A stretch of 64,000 nt of DNA from Euglena gracilis (lineage: Eukaryota): positions 3,043,715 through 3,107,714 of the forward strand of contig CP154954.1 of assembly GCA_039621445.1 (NCBI GenBank), given 5' to 3'. The translations under genes and the position numbers were made by a program. The notes beneath the pieces are model-generated. The model was not told the DNA's origin, did no database searches, and saw nothing but the letters and a program-made list of their open reading frames with translations. The first letter of the stretch is position 1, and every line of letters starts with the position of its first letter. This document shows positions 13,091 to 23,132 of the stretch, in pieces.

Positions 13091-15036
13091 CTTAGGCGGC
13101 CTAATTCGCACTTAAGGATTTAACTTTTTATTTGCGCATATGCGCAAATCGCCCGGTTTTTTGAATCCGGCGAGGAAGGTCCGGGGGGTGGGGGCGAGAG
13201 GGATAAAACGAAGGGGGTGGCGGAGGCCCGAGGGACTTGGACACGGTTGGGGTCCTTTTTATTTTGGCAGCGGGGGGCCCCGGGTTGGGCAGGGGGGGCC
13301 TCGCAGGGGGGAGGGATCCCATTCCCTACCTGCACCTTACCCACCTCCACGCACCCCCCACTAGCATACTCCCCCACCCCCCCCCGGCTCTTACTCCCTG
13401 CGACCCATCTTTTAGCTGCACCTCCATCCCCCCCACCACCTCCATACAATCCAACGTGAATACCCCCCCATTCACACGCCACGGATCTTTTGTGCCTTAA
13501 CCCCACTTTGCAGGTTGTCTCCCCCTTCTCGCCCCCGAGATTTGGCTCCGTGCCTGATGCCCAACCTGCCCACTTTCGTTTGTGCTCCACATAAACCCCT
13601 CCCCTTCCTCTTCCGAAAAAAGCTCCTGCACAATTTCCCTGTAACCGGCGTTGCCCCGCCACCGAACCCTTTTTTGCACTTTAAATTTATTTCGCATACC
13701 GCAAATCATTGGGACCGGCAACTAAGCAGGGTAAGAGCAAGCAGGGCTAAAGGGAAGCGGTGTTTTTGTAACCTTGAAGAGTCCGGGGGACACACACAAG
13801 CCATTTGTCGACCAAGTTTTTTATTTACACCCCCCCCCCCCGCAAACCCTGGTGCAAAAAAATGCAAAAAACACCTAACGGGGACCCTGCCCCCCCGCCC
13901 CTACGAACGCGGAGCCTTTTTTGAGAAAGTGAACTCGCCGGCAGTGTGTTCCCTCCCGGTGCCTCGGAGTGTGTGTGTGTGTCCTTTTACCCTGACGACT
14001 TGACAATTTTTGATTGGTAATGAAAGCAGGGGAAAGGGTGGGAGGGCTCTGGGAGGGGTGCGGGTTGGGGGGTCCGGTGTGCAGGGGGTGAAGGGAGGAG
14101 GGGTCCAGGGTGCGGAGGGGTGACGGTGCAGGGGGTGTGCAGGGGTGGTGTGCAGCGGGCAGGGCGGTAGGGGTGAGACGCCCGCAGGGGTTGTCAGTGG
14201 GGGCCTGGTTTACTGTTGTCATTGGCTTGTGTGCGTGCAACCCGCGACTTTGACCTGGGTGTTTTTGTGAGGCACCAAAACAGACAATTGATGTTGATGC
14301 GCGCAATTGCGCAAATAAAACGTACGATGGTGTGCATGCCAGGGGATGAGAGGGGTGCCGGTGGAAGAACCACATGATTGAAAGAGTTGGGGATGAGCTG
14401 ACTCCACTGTAAACAAAAAACTGAACCAGGCAAACAAACCCCCGGCGGGCGGTGGACACGCTGGCCGCCCGGGGCTGAACAGGAAGAGGGGGGCCGCCCC
14501 GCACTCCGCCCGCGCGCAGGTTGTCAGTGGGGGGTGGTGCTTGGAGAAGGGGTTATGTTTTTTTATTTTTTGTGACACGGGTCAGAGGGGCAGCACGGCA
14601 CGAGAGGGGGGCTGCAGGGTCACGAGAGGGGGTGTGTCACACCAACCCAAAAAAAAAAACCAAGTCCACCCCCCGGCAGGGTAGAGGGCTTGGGGATGAC
14701 GGTCAGCAGGGGGGCGGTGTACACGGACACCACAGCGGTGGGGCACTGTCTCCCAGTTGGCAGGCAAATAACAAAATGACAAAGTGTGTGTTGTACTTGC
14801 GCAATTGCGCGCATCAACAACACTGATGAATTTTTTGTTTGAAACAAAAATTCTGAGAGGGGACAGACCATAGCCGAGAAGGAACTGAGAGGGGGAAACA
14901 TTTGTAATTGTAACATTTGCGCAAATGCGCGCATCAAAAGTGTTTTGTACAAAAAAATATCAGAAGCAGAGAATGGAGTGGGGAGTAGAACTGAAGAAAG
15001 AAAAAAGAATGTGCTGAGACAGGCCCACAGCCAGTC

Positions 15037-15624
15037 TCACTTCTTGTGCTTGGAGAGCCGCTTGGCCAGGCTCTCCGAGGCGGCCGCCGGCTTGGCGCCG
15101 GGCTTGGGCAGCCCGCGGCGGACGGTGCTCCGGGGTGCCGCAGGCGGGGCGGTACGAGGCGGTGGCGGTGCCGGGGCCTCCTCCTCCTCCTCAGACTCCG
15201 CCTCCTCGGACTCCGCCTCCTGCGGCGCCGCCGGTGCCGAGGCCGCCGCAGCCTGCGACGACGCTGCCTCCGCCGCCACCTTGGCGATGGCCCCCTCGAT
15301 GACGTGCTTCATCGCCGGGTACTTCTTGGGGTCCAGGAGGTGGTACGACTTGGGGCCCTTCAGGGCCTCCCCCGGGCCCGGGGGACGGATCAGCCCCGCC
15401 GCCCTCCACCGGGTGTCCTCCTTGCCTCCCTTGCCCTTGCCCTTGCCCTTCCCCTCCCCCTTCTTCTCCTCCCCCTGTCTCTCCTTCCCCTTCTGGGGCT
15501 CTGGCTTCCGGTACCCGGGGGTGATCTCCTCGATGGTGTCCTCCTCCTCTTCCTCTTCTCCCTGCTGCACTGGTGGGACTGCGGGAGCTTCGCTGGCGAC
15601 TGCAGAGGAGGTGTCCGAGCTGTC

Positions 15625-15656
<32 letters not shown>

Positions 15657-18600
15657 CCTCCTCCACCTCCTCCTCCTCCGGGTGGCGGCTGGGCTGGGCC
15701 ACCGGTGGCGGCACGATGATGGGGCTGGCTCCGGGTTCGGGCGGGGTCAGCTCCGGGGTCTCTCGGCCGGGGGCGGTCATCTCCACGTCGCCCTCCTCTG
15801 GGCTGTCCACCGCCTCGGTCTCCTCCCGTCTGGGTTTGGGGGCTGGGGGCCTGCTGGGCTTCCTCTCCGGCTCCTTCTTCCGGCGCTTCTTCTTCCGGTC
15901 ACCCCCACCCTTCTGGCGCTCCTCCAGCTTCTGTAGACGGCGCTGCTCCTGCCGAATCTTGGTCTGGCGGCGCCGCTCCTCGGCCTCCTTGGCCCGTCGG
16001 CCCGCCTCCTCAGCGGCCAGGCGGAGCTTGTCCTGGAGGGCGGCGTTCTCCAGGGGGACCCAGAGGGCGTCCCCCCCTTCCAGGGCGGCCAGCAGGAGGG
16101 GCAGCATGGCGGAGGCGACGGGCCGGGGCAGGGTCACCGTGTTGGCCACGGTCTGGGTGACGTCCTCCAGGCTGCTGGCCGAGTCCTCCACCACCACCAG
16201 CACCTCGGGGGGCTTGGCCGCCCAGGCCGCCACCCGGCCGGCCACCGCGGCATCGGCGGTCTGGATGACCATGGCGTTGGCCGCCTCCATCCGCCGCACC
16301 ACCCTCCGCCACAGCCACTCCACGCAGAGCCAGTGCAGCCCCTGCCCGCAGCTGGACTCCACGTCCCACTCCACCTTGGGCAGCACCTGCGAGGGGACGA
16401 GGGGACCAGACAGACAAGGTAGACTCAAAGACTTTTTTGTATGAGGTGCGCGCAATTGCGCATCAAATGATCACATTTTTAAAAAAAGATGCAGAGGATA
16501 GGTGGCACTCCAGCATCCAGTGTCTGAAATGTGGAATGGCAGTCTGCATAATGCGTGAGGTGGGGTGGGGTACCTTGCTTCGCTCCACGTCACCCGGGCC
16601 GTACACGACCACCAGGACCCGCTTCTCAAACTTGCGGGCCACCCCCTGGCCCCCCTGCCGCAGCCAGACGTCCACCGTGACCGACTCCCGCCCCGGCGCC
16701 AGCCGCCGCACCGCCGCCTCCACCGCAGCCACCGCCCCGGCACCGTAGATGGTGACCGGCACGACACCGGCCAGGCGCTTGACCTGCTCGGACAGGAGGG
16801 GGCAGGATTCTGTTTCAGAGTGTTGGCGCACTGACAGACACGTTGAGTCATTTGATTTGCGCAAGTGCGTGCATTGTAACATTTGCGCAAGTGCGCGCAT
16901 CAAATTTAAAAAAAAAATTGCATACACACCCTGGGAAGGTGCTACTGCTGAGAGTGAGAGTATGAATTTCTTTTTTTTTGTGCGCGCAATTGCGCAAGTA
17001 AAACAGAAACTACTAAAACTGAAAAAGACGCACGTTTAAACAGAACCCTGAGCCCGTGTTGTGGGTGACCTCGATGACGACGAGGCCCACTGCGGCCCCC
17101 AGCGCCTCCGCCGGCACCGCGCCGCCGCTGGCCTGGTACACCAGGCAGCGCACCCCCTTCTCCTCCCCGGCCGGCCTGGCCACCGCCACCTCCTGGAGGG
17201 CCCCGCCCTCCTTGGCCACCACCTCGGTCTCCACCGTCGGGAACGCGAAGGAGGCCCGCAGCTCCTCGTACTGCGCCTTCACCCAGAAGGGGGCCGTCAG
17301 CACCGCCGCCAGGGGGGGCTTCGGCTCCGCCGGGCTCCAGGTCCACGACCCCAGCTGCGCCACCGGGACGGTCCGCTTGAAGCGGCTGCGCTCCGCCCCG
17401 TTGTGCACTGCGAGACAACAGTGAAGTGGGGGGGGGAGAAGCACAAGACGACAGTTACAATGCACCCAGTGACCATCACCACCAACCGCCGTCCAGTGAT
17501 GTGGGAACCCTTCACATGCAACCCTGACCCACCCAGACCCCAGTGGCACACCCATCCGCGCGTGGATGTTGGGGTTGTCGCCCCGCCACGCGAAGGCCAC
17601 CCACATCTCGTGGTTGGCCTCGGTCACCGCCTGCTCCAGCTGGGCCAGCCCGATCCCCGGGCTCTGCAGGGCCGCCGCCACCTGCGCCCGCGCCTCGGGG
17701 GTCAGCAGCCGCCGGAGGGACCACACGTGGGAGGACAGCAGCGTGCGGCCTCTCGCCGCCAGCACCGACTCGACGCTCAGCAGCCCGGCCACCGCCTCCG
17801 GGTTCTCCTCCACCAGCCGCTGCAGCGGCCCCCACATCTGGATGACCTGCCCCTGAGGCAATGACACAAATGACACAGAGACTGGAACTCTACGCCACTA
17901 CATTATGAGAAAGAATGCACTTTGCACCATCTCACACCTGGGGGACCGACTGGTCCCAGCCGGCCTGCCAGTAGGCCGCCGGCCGCACCGCCGGCACCGT
18001 GCTGATGTCCTTCCCCTTCACCAGGAGGTTGGCGAACTGGGGGATGGACAGCTCCTTCACTGACGACTGGATGGCCTGCGCATCCCCGCCGGCCGCCCGC
18101 CGCAGGTGCACCGGGGTCATGGGGTGGAGGATGGTGGCGAGGACGTACTTCCCCTGGCCACAGCCCAGCATTTGCACCACTGTCTGTCAGACCTGGGAGG
18201 GGCTGCACAGGAGGGGCGACACTACAGGGGTGACATGAGAGGGGTACCATGAGAGGGGATGCACGAGAGGGGCTGCATGAGAGGGGTAACATGAGAGGGG
18301 CAAAACAGCACCCACACAAACAAATACAGAGCTGAATCCTTCGGGGGGTTCAACTTCTGGGACCTGAAGCCCTCCGCCCAGCGCTTCAGCGCCGAGGTGA
18401 TGTGCTGCCCCGACATCAGCACGTAGTGGTTCTCTGTGAAAAACAACAGCAGCATGTGCGCGCAATTGCGCAAATCAAATAAAGTGTACGCGTATGTGCG
18501 CGCAAGTGCGCAAATCAAATGCCATTGTGTGTTTGTGCGCGCAAATGCGCAAATCAAATGCATTGTGCGTTTGTGCGCGCAAATGCGCAAATAAAATAGT

Positions 18601-21122
18601 ACCTCCCCCCCCCCCAAGCCCAACGAACACCCTTGCCCAACGAACAGGGGGCGTTCGGACCGTCTAGACTGTCACCATATACTTTTTTTTGTGTTGGACA
18701 AGGAAATACTCATTTTTTTGCTGTTGTGAGGATGCCAGAGATTCTGATTCAGGTCACGGTATTGATTCCAGTCAGGTTTCCGGATTTGTGGGGGGGGTGG
18801 ACCCCACCACCCCCTGCAAGACCCCCCCATCACACCTCCCAAACTTCAACATTTTCTCAAAATTTTGATTTTGCGAGTTTTTTTGAAACAAAAAATGCCA
18901 TTGAAAGTCCAAAAAAATTAAAAAAAAAACGTCAGCAAAATTTGATTGTGCAAAAATTTGGTCCACTTTTTTTTGACCTTCGTTTTTTTGACCCCCCCAA
19001 AAACTACTAATTTTTAACCCTGATTTTTTGAGACTTTTTGTGAAAAAAAATGGTTTCCCATCAAAAAATCATGTGTTTTGGGTTCGTTTTTTTCAAAAAA
19101 AAATTCAAAAAATTTTCTGGCTAACATCCCCATTTTCCCGAAGTCGGTGAAAATGCTGTGGTGGTTTGGTGGTCGACCCCCCCCCACCTCACGGGTGGGG
19201 GGTCGACCCCCCACCAGGCCTTCCCATTCTGCCCTGGCATGCACTGATTATGCACGTTTCAAGGCTACACTGAAAAGGTGACAGAATTAGTGAACACCCA
19301 TGTCCAACGAACGCCCCCCGTTCGGACCGTCTAGGTTGTCACTTTAGTGTTCGTTGGGCTTGGGGGGGGGGAGGTACCTACCATGCAAAGCACAGTTGCC
19401 AAAGCAGAGCCCCACATACCAACAGAGACTCCACAGGCTAACTGATGTCAGAGAGACCGTCAAACCTCACACAGTCATACAACACACAATCACACTGAGA
19501 GACACACCGGCCTTCTTCCAGACCGTCACCCGCACCGGCTCCAGCGGGGGGTTGAGCTGCAGCTGCCGGAGCTTGCGCTCCACTTCGTTGTTGTCGAGGG
19601 GGCGGGTCTGGCCCTCCGTCATATTGTAGTCGACGTGGAGGGTGTCGAGGGGGAGTTTGGTGCCGGTCGCCAGCACCCACTGCTCCACCTTCTCCTTGTA
19701 CACCTCCGCGATGGGGAGGTTCCGGGCGGTGTTGCGGGGGCGGACCCGCCCCGGCTTGGCGTTCAGCATCCCCACCTGTGAGGAGATGCGGTCGTCCGTC
19801 AGCATGAAGGGCCGCCACACCGGGACGCGGGCGTTCTCTCAGCCGCATCAGAGTCACCGCCTACTGTATGATACCGTCTGTACAGTCACACCTCTGACAG
19901 AAAACAGACGGAAAATTGATTTGATGCGCGCATTTGCGCAAATGCGCGCATCAAATCAATTTACAAACGTTCAACGGGTGCAGAGGGTGGCCTAGGACCG
20001 GAACTCATTCAGATTCACGTAATGCGCGCAAATGCGCAAATCAAATCGAAGTGGCAGAGTTAAAGAGAAATCTGTGTACATCACCGCTTCCCAAATACAT
20101 ACCACAGAGGACTCGAAAAAATTCATGCACCGTAATGTGCGCGCAATTGCGCGCACATTACGGTTAAATTACACTCTTTTTAACTGGGACCCAGCCACAA
20201 CCCTAACCCCAAACACAATCAACATCAACATGTACAGGTTGTTCAGACCCTTCAGCCCGTCAACCAACACAGGCTATTTGAAAAAACAAAACACATTCAG
20301 TCATTCTGATGTTCGGGGCACGTCCAGCGGTACGCGCAGCTCGTGCGCCTCCAGTGGGCGTGCGCCGATGTCAGCGACCAGCTCCAGGAACGACGGCAGG
20401 TCGCTGCGCACCAGCCGCGCGGACACCCGGTGGACGCGGCCCAGCAGCTGCTCCAGCGACGGGTACCCCGGGTACTCCGGGATGGCGCCCACCGCCGTCC
20501 GCATCATGGCCATGACGCAGCAGTCGTGGGTGCGGATCACCATCCTCGGGTTTGACGTCATGGCCCTCTTCCAGAAGTTGTCGAACCAGAGGACGCAGCT
20601 CCGCCCCTCCGTCTGCTGCCACAGGTCCTCCAGCCGCTCGCACGCCCGCTCCCGCCGCCACTGCCGGTTCCACATCGGCTCCTCCGGCAGGATGCCACTG
20701 GGCCGCAGCAGTCGGCTGGCCGCCCGGTGCCGGGCCAGCGGCGCCTCGTGCTCCTCGGCCACCACCCGCTGCGCCGCGCGCGGGCAGGCGTGCTGCCGCA
20801 GCGCCCGGTACACGGCCCAGGCGTCCTTCAGCAGCAGCTCAATCCGCGGCCGCCGCGGCTCCCGGGCCAGCTCCTCCAGCAGCGCCGCGCCGCCCTCCGT
20901 CCGCAGTGGCACCCGGGTGTGGGCCACCTGCACGACCAGGGTCTGCAGCGGGTGGCCGCGCTGCACCACCGCCGCCACAAACTCCTCGTAGCTGGCGGCG
21001 AAGTGGGCCTTCACCAGCTGGCCCAGCAGCTTCCCCGACTCCGCGGCCAGGGCGGCCTCCTCGCTGTAGCCCTCGTAGCCACGGCGGCGGGAGTGGGTGC
21101 TGCTGGCCTGGGAGGACTCCAT
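15037..21122 (-). CDS. Spliced transposon gene, ~1227 aa: transposase-like N-terminus + ParB-like domain + possible degenerate DNA-methyltransferase-like fold + acidic/basic low-complexity tail
   Basis: Hand-assembled exons 21122-20315, 19840-19508, 18433-18338, 18155-17938, 17852-17552, 17407-17054, 16797-16574 and 16386-15037 total 3684 nt in one frame with strong GC3 bias. Four introns are GT-AG and three are non-conventional. Motifs: VLWFDNF...WRPFMLTDDRISSQVG; GQTRPLDNNEV...PPLEPVRVTV...YVLMSGQHITSAL. Further upstream exons (e.g. MADDQAGY near 21388) cannot be excluded. Confidence 0.8.
16798..17053 (-). other. Euglenid non-conventional intron in the transposon gene
   Basis: GCTCAGGGTTCTGTTT...AAACAGAATCCTGCCCCC. 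Near-perfect 13-bp end pairing with CAG/CTG at +4/-8. Restores frame (HNT-V-LSEQ). Confidence 0.8.
18156..18337 (-). other. Euglenid non-conventional intron in the transposon gene
   Basis: ATTCAGCTCTGTATTTG...CAAATGCTGGGCTGTGGCC. CAG/CTG register with extended end pairing. Restores frame (NPPK-E-GKYVLAT). Confidence 0.7.
18602..19374. mobile_element. MITE with ~30-bp TIRs and TA flanks (Tc1/mariner-like) nested in a GT-AG intron of the transposon gene
   Basis: TA|CCTCCCCCC..AAGCCCAACGAACAC ... GTGTTCGTTGGGCTTGGG..GAGG|TA. Interior ~18830-19240 is homologous to ~62500-62885. Confidence 0.8.
19841..20314 (-). other. Euglenid non-conventional intron in the transposon gene
   Basis: C|GAACATCAGAATGAC...GTGACTCTGATGCGGCT|G. 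CAT(+4..+6) pairs with ATG(-8..-6), both borders are Y|R, and splicing restores frame (DVPR-ENARVPVWRPF). Confidence 0.8.
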
Positions 21123-22727
21123 TCAGTCCACCCCAGGTCCGGCGGCCCACCACCTTTCACCAAAACCCACTATTCCGTCCACATAACACCGGCCAGTCCC
21201 ACCATTCAGAATGCATCGCACACACACAACATTCACGCACTACACATCCACACATCCCTCTGATTCATTTTCTTTTCTTTGGAGACGTTTTGTGCGCGCA
21301 ATTGCGCAAGTCAACAAGGAAACAGACACACACCATTTCATAGCTGTACCCCGCCTGGTCATCCGCCATGTAGGTTAGCTCCAGGCAGGGAACAGCAATC
21401 AAACATCAGCATATGGCCATAATCACCCCGCACTTCACGCACACACTCTCAAATTGGTTGCCAGCATGGCATCTCCGGAGTCACAACATTTCCAGCATTC
21501 ATACAAATCAGACCCCCTTTCACTCCACTAAGTAACCGATTACGTCCAAAGTGTTTCATTAGTCACACAACACCCACTGGGTAGCCTCACAACAAAAAGT
21601 AACAAATTGTGCGCGCAATTGCGCAAGTAAAATGGTACCACTTTTCATCACTGACACAATCCTGGGCGTCACAAACCCCTTCTCAGCAGCTCAATCCACA
21701 ATTGAGACAACAATCGTTTGATGCGCGCAGTTGCGCAAGTGTGCAATGCGCCATAAGTAAATTTCTGTTGAACATCAATTAGAAGGTTCATTCATTCATT
21801 CAAAATTCACCGGGCGTTTCGTCACCCTTGTCCAGGACAGGGGGTGTCACACCCCTCTTCGGACACACTCAATTCCATCGTACTTCGCAATCGGTGGCAC
21901 CCAACACACCCTCGCAATAATTCTCAATTCCATCAAGGGTGTCCAGTTTCATCGTCAGCCAAACCATTGATATCCACAGGGCACGTTGGGGCACCCAAAA
22001 GTCCAAAACCGCACGCCGCCAGATCTGGCCAGGCGCTTGCCGCGGGCAGCTGTGGGGTGGTAGTGGGTGTGGATGGGTGCCCCGCGGGCAGCGTGAAAGA
22101 AAGCAGCTGCGGAGAGGGACAGGTACAAATTTCACGCGCCCGTCCGGTCGCGAAGTCCGGTTAGGACTTTGTATTTGAAGGGGTTCGAATTGCCCAGCCC
22201 TAACGAGTTCCGTTCGCGATCACAAATTTTTTTTTCGGCGGTCAGGGTACAGGGTCCCAGGGGTTACAAAAAAAGTGGTACATTTGCGCAATTGCGCAAA
22301 TCCAACGGAAAAAAGCTTAAGTGCGAATTCGGCCGCCTAAGTCTCAGGGTAGGGCGACGTTGGCGACGCTCTCTTTGAAGTCCTGCACATGGGAGAATCC
22401 TAGCTTGCGATGAAGCGTCCCATCAGCACCCCACCAAGCTGCGGGCGGGGTCGGTGGTGTCTCACTTGGGGTATGGAAGGGGACTCCTCCTCGCGGTCGA
22501 AGAGCGTGGTACGTAGGCGATGATGCGGCAGCGGACACCGAGGGAGAAAACGTCAGCAGGGTCTGTGAGGTCTGGTTGAGGGTCATAAGTAAATTCTTCA
22601 CAAGTAAGGGTACGTTTTGTGCAAAAGTACATCAATGTGGTGATTTTTGGCTCAAAGCACTGGTAGGAACAAATCCACGTTTTTGGATTGTGGTCTTGGA
22701 CCTGACCTGGAAAATCGGTGCACGGTC

Positions 22728-23030
22728 CTTAAGGGACAGGAAGTTTTTTTTTATTATTTCCTTAAGGACCGCCTCCCATTCAGCCAAAGGGCCGGCTAAG
22801 GGCCAGACTGGGACTTGAACGGGGGCAAAAATTAAACAGTCAAAAAACACAGTTTTTGATGATTTGGGTGGATGGACGATGGTCCAAGGGTGCCAGGAAT
22901 CATTTTTTTGCCTGATGTCGACCTGCTCTCGCTGTAAATGCCAAAATTTCGCCCATTTTCCGGTGTATTTTTCACTGAGTGTGCTGGCTCAGCGGAGTTT
23001 TTTTATTATATTTGCTTAAGGACCGCCCTG
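22728..23030 (+). repeat. Dispersed repeat with TTAAGG motifs; second copy ~37420-37660
   Basis: Shared TAAGGGAC.GGAAGTTTTTT, TTGAACGGGG.CAAAAAT and GGGTGCCAG.AATCA blocks. Confidence 0.55.
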
Positions 23031-23132
23031 GCTGTGCCCAGCGTGGCGGCTTCCACAGAAACCCCAGATGAACGCCTGCTCTCTTCTGACAGGGTTCTCC
23101 GGCAAGTCTTTGCCCCGGCCCCCCTCCCAAAT

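Larger units (their letters stand above)
13091..22341 (-). mobile_element. TIR DNA transposon copy 2 (~9.25 kb, gene-bearing), same family, 5-bp TSD TCTCA
   Basis: TIRs 13091-13116 (CTTAGGCGGCCTAATTCGCACTTAAG) and 22316-22341 differ by one mismatch. TCTCA lies at 13086-13090 and 22342-22346. It encloses a spliced gene and about 19 GCGC-N4-GCGC palindromes. Confidence 0.95.

Noticed and set aside
14945-16444. 499-aa plus-strand ORF and similar plus-strand ORFs at 17061-17864 and 20032-20991
   Set aside because: Antisense shadows of the GC-rich minus-strand exons. Splice sites and motifs support only the minus strand.
17408-17551. Stretch read through by ORF 17013-17876
   Set aside because: It has GT-AG borders, a length divisible by 3 and non-coding composition, so it is treated as an intron.
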